Shown here piece by piece: positions 35,803 to 49,554 of a stretch of DNA of 64,000 bases. The notes beneath the pieces are model-generated. The model was not told where the DNA came from, did not search any database, and worked only from the letters and a program-made list of their open reading frames with translations. The position numbers were made by a program, and so were the translations under genes. The stretch lies in the NCBI RefSeq assembly GCF_902652985.1, contig NC_047023.1, positions 21,390,001-21,454,000 on the forward strand. The letters run 5' to 3'. This DNA is from Pecten maximus. Its lineage: Eukaryota. Each line of letters begins with the position of its first letter. Position 1 is the first letter of the stretch.

Positions 35803-36884
35803 CAAGTGATCTTGTGCCATGGTGCGGCATCCGCCGTTCATCCATCGTCCAGCCTTCCATCTGTCCAGTGTCAACTTTTCTATTTAAACAACTTCTTCTC
35901 AATAACCAAAAGGCCCAGAGACCTAATATTAGGCATGAAACATGTTGGGATAAAGTGCTATTAAATTTATTTAAATGAATGACCGTGACTTGCATTCATG
36001 GTCACAGGGGTAAAATAGACTAAAATCTTAAAACAATGTCTTTTCAATAACCAATGGACCCAGGGACTTGCTATTGGGTCTGTAGCATGCTGAAGTAAAG
36101 GGCTACCAAATTTGTTCAAATAAATGACCTTGACTTGCTATCAATGTCACAGGGGTCAAATATGCTGAAATGCTTTTCAATTACCAAGAGTCCAAGGCAG
36201 TTGATATTGAGTCTGTAGCATGCTGGGGTGAAGTGTTACAAAGTTTGTTGAAATGAATGACCTTGACTTACATTCAAGGTCACAGGGGTCAAATTGGCTG
36301 AAATCTTTAAATGACTTCTTTTCAAAAATCAAAAAGCCCAGAGATCTGATATTGGGTCTGAAGCATGCAGGGATGAAGGGCTACCAAGTTTGTTAAAATG
36401 ATTGACCTTGACATACATTCAAGGTTACAAGGGTTAAAAAGGCTAAAATCTTCAAACAAAGTCTTCTAAAAAAAACAAGAGACCCAGGGACTTGATATTG
36501 GGTCTGTAGTATGCTAGGGTGAAGGGCTACCAAGTTTGTTCAAATGAATGACCTTGACTAACATTCAAAGTAACAGTGGTTAAATAGCCTGAAATGTTTA
36601 AACAGGTTATTTTTAATAACCAAAATTCCCAGAGACCTAATATTTGGCTTGAAGCATGCTTGGGTGAAGGCTAGAATGTTTGTTCAAAGGAATGACCTTG
36701 GACATAATTTAAGTTTGAAAAAGTTTTATTGACCTAAACATTTAAAAAACACCATTTCATATAACTGGGAGAACCTGAAATCTTATATCTGGTCTCTGAT
36801 ACACTTGTTCTTAATTATGTTTTTCTGTGTAAAAAGGATCACTGGATAGCAGGTGAGCGATTCGGGCCCATTGGGCCCTTGTTT
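35801..36884 (+). mobile_element. Non-autonomous Helentron-like element (HINE) carrying ~6.5 copies of a ~145-bp satellite monomer
   Basis: 5' GGCAAGTGATCTTGTGCCATGG plus (GTCC/ATCC) microsatellite; monomers at ~35887, 36032, 36310, 36455, 36601, 36748; 3' CAGGTGAGCGATTCGGGCCCATTGGGCCCTTGTTT. Confidence 0.8.
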
Positions 36885-37206
36885 GATCATGCCCTGAGAA
36901 ACAGGCTATCAGGTTAGTGAAGACATAAAGGGCAATAGCTTTTCCTGTTGACTGGTATCTAAGGCATCAAACAATGGTTTTTTAACCAGAACATTTAAAA
37001 ATGACATTCTTTCATACAATATTTGTTAAGCGGACATACCGTTTATGCCAACAATCCTGATCAGATTGATGCTTAATCATAATCATTTGAATGCATGGGT
37101 GTGATCAGATGTTCCACAATTTTGGCTGTTACATTTTGAAATAATGTTCAAGGGAAGTAGTCGAAAATTCTAAAATTACATTTACTTAGAGAGTCGGGTA
37201 ATATTG

Positions 37207-37499
37207 TTAGCTTACCTGCCCGAAGGCCAAGTGAGCTTGTGCCATGGTGTGTCAACCGCTGGTATCAGCTTTTCATTTTAAACAACTTCTTCTCAATAAC
37301 CCATAGACCAGAGACCTGAAATTCAGCTTGTAGCAAGCTGAGGTAAAGGCAACACAATTTATTTAAGTGAATAAACCGAGCCTATTTTTATATTTGAATA
37401 AAGTTTCAATCAGCTTAGCAGCTGCATAAATGACCTAGATCAACTTCAAAGTTGCATTATAAGCAGATAAGCGATACAGACCAATTGGGCCTCTTGTTT
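37207..37499 (+). mobile_element. Short complete HINE of the same family (less than one internal monomer)
   Basis: 5' TTAGCTTACCTGCCCGAAGGCCAAGTGAGCTTGTGCCATGG; 3' CAGATAAGCGATACAGACCAATTGGGCCTCTTGTTT. Confidence 0.8.
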
Positions 37500-37693
37500 A
37501 CCTGGTAGGCTGGCTAGTGGATATCAGCAATCATTTACCTGAATCCTTTTATTAACATTCACCCAGTGATGTCATGTAAGGCAGTGCCACTCACTGAAAT
37601 TGGATCTCATGTCCAACTATATACAGAGTTATGGCCCTTTGTAAAGTATTGCTATTGAAGTTGTCCAAGGAGTATAAATGTCCTTGTTTCGCA

Positions 37694-37985
37694 TATATAG
37701 AGGATCTTGAACAAGTTTTCATTTGAAATAAGATTTTAATGAACAAGACTACAAAGTTTCTAGTTTATGAGCCTTGCTGGGCAAAAATTAAAACTCAGGG
37801 AAAATTAGGAAGACGAAATCAAATGGAGGCAGTCATTTTGTTGCACTGTTTTCATTTTATGACATAGTGGCAATATACATATTATGATGTCACAATAGAT
37901 TTCTGACTGGCTAGCCAATAAAAACGCTCTAGAAAATTATTACATTGGCCAATTGCCTGGATAACAGGCCAATTATGTTACATAC
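37694..37985. mobile_element. Possible old non-autonomous Crypton-like repeat relic
   Basis: Starts ATATAGAGGATCTT, followed by an imperfect inverted repeat and TGATGTCACAATAG; resemblance from memory only. Confidence 0.25.
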
Positions 37986-38104
37986 CAACTAACAGTTCAT
38001 AATATTTTTTAAGCTCATTTATTTTGGTAATGCAGAGAGGTACTTGCACTTTGAATTTGGGTCTCGTTTGAATGGGTTACTGGGTAAAAGTTAAAAATTT
38101 TCTA

Positions 38105-38280
38105 GGGTGGTCGGGTGGCACAGTAGCTAACACACATGACTTTCACCAAGGTGGCCAGGATTCCATTCCTCGATTGGACATGAAAAGGTTTCTGACCGAC
38201 CACGTAGGTTTTCTCTGGGTACTCCAGTTTCCTACCTCCCACACTATGTTGTTTTGCAATTGTTGTAAAATAAATAGAGT
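38105..38280 (+). mobile_element. tRNA-derived SINE fragment with V/Meta-type central domain
   Basis: A-box-like TGGCACAGTAG, B-box-like GGATTCCATTCC, and GGTTTTCTCTGGGTACTCCAGTTTCCT. Confidence 0.7.
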
Positions 38281-39833
38281 TGACATTTATGTACTGTGTC
38301 CTACCTCAGTGAAAGTTTATATTTATTAATATTATAATTTGTTGGGTTGGGGGGGGGGGGGGGGGGGGGGGGGGATTGTTACTGCACAGGGAGTTATAGT
38401 TGATCGGCCTGTTTATATGACTAGTTATGATGTATGTGTTTATGTGAGGTAGGGGCCAGACAGTATACCTAGAGACTGCCGACCTGATCACCTCGTCTTC
38501 GAGTGATTAATGACTAGTGCCCAGATCAAATGCAATATAGAAATGCCCTTATTATGTAAATATCTTAAGACGACAACCGTCAATATACATTTGCATAAAA
38601 AAACCAGCTGCAATTTGTTAGAAGACAGACAATATGTTATAATCTGCATATTCACAAACTATTGGCGACAAAAAATTCCCTGAAAATGAAATGTATGTTA
38701 AATTAATTTGAAGTTAATGTGACTGCTCCGTTAATTTTTTCTTGTCGATAACTAATGTAAAATTTAATTGCACAGTTTTACAAGATAGAATGAACCTGTT
38801 CTTAATACTGCTACTAATGAATTAACTTCTCACCTTGGCATATTCCTAACCTGCTTGTATTCAGCTCAAAATATTTCAGGCAATTTAATTGTGTTATTTG
38901 TATGTAGTAGTATTGTATAACAAATTTCCGGTGATTTTTACCCCAATATCATCAGATGGTCGGTTGGTAAATTGTTTCCATTGTCTGTCAGTCCTTAAAA
39001 AAATGTTCAGATTTTTTTTTTCCAAATAAAGCTTTCCTTTGGACCCCATTTGTACATGTGTGTATGTGTGCGACTGATCAGATAAAAATTCTTCTTGAAA
39101 GGTGTTTAAGAATTAACAGTTTGAGTTTGTCGTGACTGTTTTTCACACTAGCTGACAGTCTTACTTATATTTCCTTGTCAGATTTTAGTTGTGGATTTCT
39201 GATGTTGAGTCAGAAAAATGAGTGACATATTGGATTTTGGTAGTTTGATATTGTTATTTCTGATCGAGAACTGGATGAATCTTTGTACCTAGCTATATAC
39301 ATGTTCATTTAAAAAAAAACAACAAAAACTTACCTGTGGCCATCTTTGACTTTGACAGTTTGTATTTGTTATTTGTCACTAACTCTTGACGATATAATCC
39401 TTAAAATATGTGTCAACTCTCCCGTAGGTCCCTACCAGGTGTGTATGTTCATTTTTGGAACAGATTGAAAGAACAGTAGGTTATTTTTATTTTGACACAG
39501 GAAGATTAAAAAGCATTTGATGAATCTTAAATGTCTTGCATAGGTCTTTCTTGGTAATTAATTATGTACATTTGATTTTAAGACTGACTGCAAAAAAAAA
39601 AAAAAATGGCTTCTAGGAAAATTTGCAATTTTATTAAAGATCAGATGAATACTTTGGTTAACAGGTATTAGAAATATAGCTTTTCACATGTTACTTAATT
39701 ATTCAACAAATCATGTGATATTTTCACCTTGAAAAGAAGATAAAAAATTGCTCATTTACTCTTGACGATGATGTCAATTGACACAACAGGAAATGAAATA
39801 GAACAAAGGAGTAGACCAAAAAAGATCATATAA

Positions 39834-40117
39834 TTGTTTATTTGTTTGTTTTGCTGGGTTTATTGTCCTGTCAACAGCCAGGGTCATTTTGAGGCGATCG
39901 CCTTGTAGTAGTCAGTGACTACATCACTGAACAACATACCGGAGGCCCGTCACATGTCATCCAGAGCATTTAGTGTCGTGTATCTTGCCACAAGGACACA
40001 ATCATGACATCACAGACTGGATTGTTTCTACGCTTCCCGAGAAACAAACCGACACAGATAGGGAGTATTGAACCACAAACCTCGGATCTTCACCCGAAGT
40101 TACGTAGCCGGTGCTCT
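39834..40117 (-). mobile_element. Second copy of the 22845-23146 SINE family, slightly 5'-truncated
   Basis: Colinear homology (GCTGGGTTTAT..AACAGCCAGGGT.ATTTTGAGG..TCACTGAACAACATA..ATCCAGAGCA..AAGGACACAA); B-box-like GGTTCAATAC on minus strand. Confidence 0.8.
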
Positions 40118-40683
40118 GTGTGACAATTGACCAAGATTGTCTGTGATCTCTCCCTGTAGAAAGTGTAAGAATTATTTCTTTGTTTGCTTCTGTTCGGAGT
40201 TTGTCAACCCTGATATTTTCCATTATATTTTATAATTACTTACATAATATTTTAATGATACAAATTAGATTTGCTACCTTTCAAACTTTATTCAGTTACG
40301 CTATAAATCCAGAACAGTACAACCATAAAAACTATGAATGTATAAACCTTTCAAAAACAACATCTAGTTGATCGTAATACACAAAGTGATACTTCATTAT
40401 GACAAATGGCAAACATTAAATTTCAAATATATCGGCAATGCATATGCAAATTTTATTATGTAAATGAATTTAAAATAAATTATCTGAGGATTGACTGGGA
40501 GTAAGATGTATGCACTCTGTAAAAGTCAGACTGGTGGTTAAATTATTTGTGGGTAATTTCAGGAGTTAGCAATAGAAAATACTATAGTTTACGATAAGGG
40601 GCTTTATTGTATTGTGAGAGAGTACTTCTGACTTGATACACATACTCTTACCTCATCTGTCATGACCCTTGAGATAGTAATTC

Positions 40684-41177
40684 TTAGCTTGGCTGGCCTG
40701 AAGGGCTAAGTTAGCTGCATGCCTTTAAACAACTTCTTCTCAAAAACAAAAAGGTCTACAATCAACTTTTTCAGACTAATTAAAAGGCCTATAGAAACAA
40801 GATATTTCAGTGGTAGGTTCCTTGGGCAAAGGCCAACAAAAGTTTGCAAAAAGAAATGACCTTAACCCATATTCAAGGACATCAGGGTCAGCATAGTTAT
40901 AACACTCCAACAACTTCTTGTGATTAACTAAAAGACCTTAAATCTTTGGCTGGTCAGTTCATAAAAATGCCTAGAATCAAAACATTTGCTTGTAAGTTTC
41001 TGAAATTATACCCAACAAAAATTTGTTGCAATGACCTTGAACCAGGTTCAATGTCACAGAGGTCAAATTTGCCAAATCATAGAAACAAGCTCCTATTATT
41101 AATTAACATAATCAATTAATTATCAAAGGAGTGAATATCAGATGAGCGATGTAACAGGCCCATTTGACCTTTTGTTT
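40684..41177 (+). mobile_element. Diverged HINE with ~2-3 internal monomers
   Basis: 5' TTAGCTTGGCTGGCCTGAAGGGCTAAGTTAGCT; TTTAAACAACTTCTTCTC; 3' CAGATGAGCGATGTAACAGGCCCATTTGACCTTTTGTTT. Confidence 0.7.
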
Positions 41178-42009
41178 ATTTGATTCTAAAATACCTGTTC
41201 AGAATTTAGAGCAACAGCATTATACATAAGAATGCATTACTAATCTTGAAAACAAACACTTCAGCATGTTCAGGATTCTCCATTTTCTCTTTTAGTTGAT
41301 AATAACCACATATAATATATAATGAATAAAAACATTGAAATGGTGAAAAACAATCTTCAATGTATTCTTAATTATAATTATGACATTAAAACAAAGCAAC
41401 ATGTTTTTTTAATTAATTAATTCAACTGAAGAGTTGTTTCCTGGAAAAATGGACATACATGTATATCTTTCACATGAATATCCTATAGTGTGTGACTTTT
41501 AAAGACTAAAAGAAGGCTATCCTGGAATGACTCATAAAAATCTGGTGACTTATTTTTAAAATAATGTAATTAACTGTTAAAAAATTGCCTTGAAATAAAT
41601 CATTAGTATAAACAAAATTAGATATTTTTGATGGCTACATTTGAATAAAGATACTCCTTAAATCTAGACATTTAATCAGTAATTCGAATGTTGACAAACA
41701 TACATCACATCATGTTTTTGAATCATTTTTTTAAAAATGTTTATTGCTTCTAGCATTTCTTATGTTTAGTGTTAAATACTGAATATTCAGATATTGAACC
41801 AGATATCTCTTAGAATTGGCCACAAATTAATTAAGATTTAAAGAATGATGTATGGTATGCTTGAGGTACTGCACGTTGAAAACAGTCCTAATCCACATAA
41901 ACCAAATCAAAGATTTTATGTATATACAAGCTTCTGTTGTACTTAATATTTTAATTGATCTTCTGTACTAATGAATGTCCAATATCAGGAAATGATGTAA
42001 TTAGTCAGA

Positions 42010-42300
42010 TGATTATTAGTGATTAATCGGACTAAACCTCATTCAAATTGTCTGGTAAACCCATGATTAATTGGACTTTACCTTCACTCAAATAATCTAG
42101 TATACCTTGGATTAAATCCTCACTCAAATTATGTGTTATACCATTTGGTATAACCATGAGTTATCAGAATAAACTGTCACTCAAACCATTTGGTAAACCC
42201 GTGATTAATTGGACCAATTCGTCACTCAAATCATTTGGTATAACCATGATTAATCGGAATAAATCATCGCTTAAATCATATGGTATAACCATGATTATCA
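42010..42300. repeat. Degenerate ~45-bp tandem repeat, ~6 copies
   Basis: Recurring CCATGATTAATxGGA..CACTCAAAT..TGGTATAA. Confidence 0.7.
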
Positions 42301-42764
42301 TACTGATCAATGTGAAATTGTAAACTTGTGCATTATTTGTAAGAAAATTAAAGAAATATAGAATGAACAATTTCATACTAAAATGCAGTCATGCATGTAA
42401 GTATCATTTTACAGAAATACATAAAATTGATACCGGTGTGTGAAATGAAAAGTTATTGCACAAACAAAAATGTGGTTTACATTATAAATCGGTGAGATTA
42501 AAACAGACACTAGTTATCTCAGATCTCTAAAGATTCATTCGTAGAAAAAAAAACTAAACAAGAATTTTTATAATTATGAGTTATGCACAAAAATGTTTTC
42601 ACAATAGAATCTTGCTATATGCCATATATAAGTGCTTATGAGTTAAAATGATAGTCTTGTCAAAAACCTGTTTAGAAAAACACAAAATGAAATCAGAGGA
42701 AAAATAATCTTGTTTCAGGTAATTGTATTGATATTGGATATCTGATCGTTTTTGTTTGTTTACA

Positions 42765-43030
42765 AGGAAAGGGAAAGTACGAAATGGAAAGACAGGAATG
42801 GAAGGGTTAATATAGAAGGAGGAATATGGAAAGAGGATAGGAAGGAGGAATGGAGGGGTTAAAATGAAAAGAGGAATAGAAGGGTTAAAATAGAATGGTT
42901 AAAATGGAAGGAGGAATAGAAGGGTTACAATGGAAGGAGGAATAAAAGGGATGCAATGGAAGGATTAAAATGGAAGGGTTTAAGTAGAAGGAAGAATGGA
43001 AGGGTTAAATTGAAATGAGGAGTGGAAGTA
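42765..43030. repeat. Purine-rich degenerate repeat (GAAGGGTTAAAATGGAAGGAGGAATA)
   Basis: Almost C-free + strand with recurring motif. Confidence 0.75.
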
Positions 43031-43189
43031 TTAAATGGAAGGGAGTATGAGATGGTTATATAGACAATAGTTAAATGTGCAGAAGAAGGAGAGACAGGAT
43101 GGGTTATACCGATAAAATCATTCATAGAAAATGGATGAAGTATATTAATGATAAAATGATGAAATATTGTAATCTTAATCAGTGAATTG

Positions 43190-45438
43190 ATTCCCACCAC
43201 ACAACCAGTATATTGTTTCCCACCACACAACCAGTATATTGTTTCCCACCACACAACCAGTATATTGTTTCCCACCACACAATCAGTGTATTGTTTCCCA
43301 CCACACAACCAGTATATTGTTTCCCACCACACAACCAGTGTATTGTTTCCCACCACACAACCAGTATATTGTTTCCCACCACACAATCAGTGTATTGTTT
43401 CCCACCACACAACAAGTGTATTGTTTCCCTCCACACAACCAGTATATTGTTTCCCCCCACACAACCAGTGTATTGTTTCCCACCACACAACCAGTATATT
43501 GTTTCCCACCACACAACCAGTATATTGTTTCCCACCACACAACCAGTATATTGTTTCCCACCACACAACCAGTATATTGTTTCCCACCACACAACCAGTT
43601 TATTGTTTCCCACCACACAACCAGTGTATTGTTTCCCACCACACAACCAGTGTATTGTTTCCCACCACACAACCAGTGTATTGTTTCCCACCACACAACC
43701 AGTATATTGTTTCCAAACACACAACCAGTATATTGTTTCCCACCACACAACCAGTATATTGTTTCCCACCACACAACAAGTTTATTGTTTCCCACCACAC
43801 AACAAGTGTATTGTTTCCCACCACACAACCAGTATATTGTTTCCCACCACACAACAAGTGTATTGTTTCCCACCACACAACCAGTGTATTGTTTCCCACC
43901 ACACAACCAGTATATTGTTTCCCACCACACAACCAGTATATTGTTTCCCACCACACAACCAGTATATTGTTTCCCACCACACAAACAGTATATTGTTTCC
44001 CACCACACAACCTGTATATTGTTTCCCACCACACAACCAGTGTATTGTTTCCCGGCCACCACACCAGCATATTGTTTCCTACCACACAACCAGTGTATTG
44101 TTTCCCACCACACAACCAGTTTATTGTTTCCCACCACACAACCAGTGTATTGTTTCCCACCACACAACCAGTTTATTGTTTCCCACCACACAACCAGTTT
44201 ATTGTTTCCCACCACACAACCAGTATATTGTTTCCCACCACACAACCAGTATATTGTTTCCCACCACACAACCAGTGTATTGTTTCCCACCACACAACCA
44301 GTATATTGTTTCCCACCACACAACCAGTATATTGTTTCCCACCACACAACCAGTTTGTTTCCCACCACACAACCAGTATATTGTTTCCCACCACACAACC
44401 AGTTTATTGTTTCCCACCACACAACCAGTTTATTGTTTCCCACCACACAACCAGTGTATTGTTTCCCACCACACAACCAGTGTATTGTTTCCCACCACAC
44501 AACCAGTATATTGTTTCCAAACACACAACCAGTATATTGTTTCCCACCACACAACCAGTTTATTGTTTCCCACCACACAACCAGTGTATTGTTTCCCTCC
44601 ACACAACCAGTGTATTGTTTCCCTCCACACAACCAGTATATTGTTTCCCACCACACAACCAGTGTATTGTTTCCCACCACACAACCAGTTTATTGTTTCC
44701 CACCACACAACCAGTATATTGTTTCCCACCACACAACCAGTTTGTTTCCCACCACACAACTAGTATATTGTTTCCCACCACACAACCAGTGTATTGTTTC
44801 CCACCACACAACCAGTTTATTGTTTCCCACCACACCAGTATATTGTTTCCCACCACACAACCAGTATATTGTTTCCCGGCCACCACACCAGTATATTGTT
44901 TCCCACCACACAACCAGTATATTGTTTCCCACCACACAACCAGTATATTGTTTCCCACCACACAACCAGTATATTGTTTCCCACCACACAAACAGTGTAT
45001 TGTTTCCCACCACACAACCAGTGTATTGTTTCCCACCACACAACCAGTATATTGTTTCCCACCACACAACCAGTATATTGTTTCCCACCACACAACCAGT
45101 GTATTGTTTTCCACCACACAACCAGTATATTGTTTCCCACCACACAACCAGTTTATTGCTTCCCACCACACCAGTATATTGTTTCCCGGCCACCACACAG
45201 GTAAATTGTCTCACAACACAAAACCAGTATATTGTTTCCCACCACATAACCAGTATATTTTTTCCCACCACACAACCAGTTTATTGTTTCCCACCACACA
45301 ACCAGTATATTGTTTCCCGGCCACCACACCAGCATATTGTTTCCTACCACACAACCGGTATATTGTTTCCCACCACACAACCAGTATATTGTTTCCCACC
45401 ACACAACCAGTATATTGTTTCCCACCACACAAGTATAT
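43190..45438. repeat. 26-bp minisatellite (TTCCCACCACACAACCAGTATATTGT)n, ~86 copies
   Basis: 26-aa periodic ORFs in all frames. Confidence 0.97.
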
Positions 45439-46519
45439 TGGATATACTGCACAATTCAAATCAGCATCGATGATATCTGGTTGCATAAATCATATACAAA
45501 AGGCTTGAATATACCCAGTTGTGTGTTACAATATTGATATTTGACGATGACTTTCAATTTTTCCCTGATGTTACTTTACAAAATACAATAACTTTCTGGA
45601 CTTGATATTTTGAGAGATTTCAGAAACCAATATCATTGCTTCATTGTTTAGCATCAATTTCAGATTTTTTTTGCTGCCATTAATCTTTCTTTTGGAAGTT
45701 TTATTTTAATGTTTTTGGATGAAAATTTCATTACAGCAGTTATTTCTATGGATGAGTTATTTCATTGTCCATAGAGACAATAGATCTACTGATAGATACA
45801 TGTGTTCTCTGCCCTTGGAGAATTACACTTTTTTTCCAGATGATAATCAAACGAGTCTTGTCATATTTTATGGTGTCTAACTGAACTAGATTAGCGATAG
45901 TATCGGCTACTAATATGTCAGGGTGCAGTGTGTTGATGTAAGCGGTATCCCAGAATGCAGTATGTTGATGTGAGTGGTATCCCAGGGTGCCGTATATTGA
46001 TGTAAGGGTATCCCAGGATGCAATTATTTGTGAGTGATGTAAAAGGCATCCCATAGGTCCTGTACAACTCGCCACTTTCTCTACCTTTGTTTTAAATGCT
46101 GATTTTTGATTCAGCAGAAGGCCTTGACATCCAACTGCCTATTAGGACCTATCCTTCATGCTGGTTTTCGTAGTTTTTACTCTAAATTTCAGTCTATTTG
46201 ATAGCAAGGTCAATTTGTCTTGACACAGATTTGGTAGCTAAGGAGTTAAACCTTCAAAGCATAGGGGCTTGAAAGATACATCATGACTTTTTCTCAGGGA
46301 CTGAGGGCTCAGGCCTTGTAGAGCAGGCAGAACACGTCTATAACTGTCAGGCAGATGAATGTGTGTGAAGGAGAACTGGTGTTCTTTCAGATTACCATGG
46401 GATACTGTAAAACCTTAACATGGTTAGGAGGGAGACTTATTACCTAAATGCAAGGTCAGAACCTGTACAACCTATATCCATTTTCACTCTGTATTATTTC
46501 TCCTTCACATTTCTGCCAG

Positions 46520-46797
46520 GATGTCCGATCAGTTGGAGATTGATGTCACTTTTGAATTATTCTTTAGTTTTTGTTTGTTTCAAGAACAGACCTTTCCCAA
46601 TGTAGTAACAGATTTTAATGTCCGATCAGTTGGAGATTGATGTCGATTTTGAATTATTCTTTAATTTTTGTTTGTTTCAAGAACAGACCTTTCCCAATGT
46701 AGTAACAGATTTTAATGTCCGATCAATTGGAGATTGATGTCACTTTTGAATTATTCTTCAATTTTTGTTTGTTTCATAAACAGGCAATGTAATAACA
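46520..46797. repeat. 97-bp tandem triplication (~2.8 copies)
   Basis: ATGTCCGATCA at 46521, 46618, 46715. Confidence 0.95.
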
Positions 46798-47323
46798 GGT
46801 TTTCTTCTGTTTGAGTGAACATCACAGTATCATTGTACAAGATATGCTGGACTATTGTTGATAAATGCGATTAAGTCTTTCTCAAGGTAAGGTATACAAT
46901 TTGTAAGGTAGAATCTACGAGCTAGATCTGTATGATTTACACATACCTTAGTCGCGTTGGGAGGCCCATACTTCATTGAGACATGTAGGTGGTTTTTACT
47001 CTCAACATCATTCTCTTTGATGTAGAATCATAGGCTGATGTCTGTCCTGATTACACTGTGTAAACACTGTAAATGCAACTGATGACCATCTACTACATAA
47101 GCAACAAAACATATTTGTCTGCAAAATCATACCTGAGCAAGATACATATTTGACTAAACATTAGACTTGAGTAACTTGCTGTCTACAAAACCAAACTAAA
47201 ACTATCTGTCTTTCTGTCTGAAAAAAAATCCTTCATAAACCACATACATTCATCAATTATTTGTCTATAGAAATTGATATGAGGAAGATACACATTTGAA
47301 AGTAAAATTGTATTAGGCTCATA

Positions 47324-48325
47324 TTTTGTGTGTAGGTGGTGTGTTATGTTTTGTGTGTAGGTGGTGTGTTATGTTTTGTGTGTAGGTGGTGTGTTATGTT
47401 TTGTGTGTAGGTGGGATGTGTTGTCTGTTTTTGTAGGTAGGTGGTGTGTGTTCTTTTTGTGTGTAAGGTGGTGTGTTAGTTTTGTTTTGGGGTGGGGGGT
47501 TTGTTATGTTTTGTTGTAGGTGGGTGGGCCATGTTTTTGTGTTTTTGTTAGTGTTTCTTTTTTGGGTGTGTGTAGGTGGTGTTATGTTTTGTGTGTTGGT
47601 GGTGTGTTATGGTTTGTGTGTAGGTGGTGTGTTATGTTTGTGTGTAGGTGGTGTGATGTGTTGTGTGTGTAGGTGGTGGTGTTGTTGGTGGGGTTGTCTG
47701 GTGGGTGGTGTGTTGTTGTGTCTGTTTTGTATGGTGGTGGTTTGGTGGTTGTGGTGTTGGGTGTGTGTGGTTGTGTGTGTTGGTGGTGTTTGTTTGTGTG
47801 TGTGTGGGTTGTTGTGTGTGTGGGTGTGTTTGGTGTGGGGGTCGGTGGTTTTGTGTGTGTGTGTGTGTTGTTTGTGTAGGTGGTGTGTTATGTTTGTGTG
47901 TTGGTGGTGTGTTATGTTTTGTGTGGTGGTGTGTTATGTTTTGTGTGTAGGTGGTGTGTTATGTTTTGTGTGTTGGTGTGGTTTGTTTTGTGTGTGGTGG
48001 TGTGTTATGTTTTGTGTGTTGGTGGTGTGTTGTTTTGTGTGTTGGTGGTGTGTTATGTTTTGTGTGTAGGTGGTGTGTTATGTTTTGTGTGTAGGTGGTG
48101 TGTTATGTTTTGTGTGTAGGTGGTGTGTTATGTTTTGTGTGTAGGTGGTGTGTGTTTTGTGTGTAGGTGGTGTGTTATGTTTTGTGTGTAGGTGGGTGTG
48201 TTGTGTTTTGTGTGTGGGTGGTGTGTTATGTTTGTGTGTAGGTGGTGTGTTATTGTGTGTTTTGGTGTGTTATGTTTTGTGTGTAGGTGGTGTGTTGTGT
48301 TTTGTGTTTTGGTGGTGTTTTATGT
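47324..48325. repeat. 25-bp GT-rich minisatellite (TTTTGTGTGTAGGTGGTGTGTTATG)n with a scrambled centre
   Basis: Clean units at 47324-47410 and 48050-48150; noisy G/T-only interior. Confidence 0.9.
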
Positions 48326-49554
48326 GTTTTTCAATGCTGTGGGGGTAATTCTTGCTAGTTATTTTAATATTTCTATCTGCTGAGTCAGTATATTTGAAAA
48401 GGGAAAATTTTCAATTTTTTTTATGAAATTTCTTAGAGGAAAAAGCTATGAGGTAGATTCAAACTGTAGTTAGATTTCTATCATACAGTAGACTAAAATC
48501 TGTAGGGTCCAACATTATGGCTCTTCAGAGATCTGTAAATACGTACTAAATCTAGTCCCTGGGGGTACCATCTTGTGCTTGATGTCCTTGTGTGTGACAG
48601 GCTGTCTACACAGAGGACTGTGGTCAAGGAGGGGTGAGGGTCAGACTGTAAGCTTTGTGTACTGTAGTATGGCCACAAAACATACTTGTTTAACCATTCT
48701 TCTCTACAGGATTTCTGGTTTTTTATGCCCTCCCCACGAATTGGTTGGAGGCATTATGTATTGTTGGTTTATCAATAGTGATGTGCTGCTGATATTATAT
48801 AGGAATATTTTTTAGCGATCAAAAATCAATTCTGTCGGGTGACATTGTTGTTTCGTTTATTTTTTTGTGTTTTTCATTTTTTGCTTTTCGTGTTGACTTA
48901 TGTTTCCGTCTCATACATCAGATTTTTTAGATAATTCTGAAGTTAAGTCTTAAATAAAGGAATTCTTTAACTAGAAGTAAGGAGATTTAGTTAAACATCC
49001 TTTGTAAACAAAATTAAGAAAGAAGTTTTGTTGTAAAGTGCTCAGGTGTTGTTGTTGTTATGTTTTTGAGTGGCAGTGCCATACACGATGGTTACACAGC
49101 AGAAAGTGGAGATTATTTAGAGTATACCTATCACCTGTATTTTCTTGTTGCCAGGTAATTAGTAGAAAACCTGTAAAGTACACTTGATTCACTCGCATAT
49201 TTCCTCTCACGATGTAAAGTGTGGCTTTAAAACTTGTATCGTCAGTAGAGGAAACCCAGTACCTCAGCTGACCTTGTATAGATTGTCAGTCAATTCTTTA
49301 AACATGACACCCTTATTGAAAAGGGCAGCCTAAACTACGGATGTGTCGCGGTATTATTGCCGCCCTGGTCACAATTGTTAGGTAAACACAGATCGAGGTA
49401 CCCTGATAGACCTATACAGTTCAGTTGGTACGAGGAGCCAGCACGTTGATTTGATCGTGGGCGTGTATACAAATCATTTCAATGATTGAAGAGTCAATTG
49501 TCACTCGTCCTGATTAGTGACCTGTCCAAATCAGTCTGTCCCGTTTATATCTGG

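Noticed and set aside
43187-45508. 773-aa and overlapping long ORFs as a protein-coding gene
   Set aside because: Pure translation of a 26-bp tandem repeat, open in every frame, non-ATG start, no splice context
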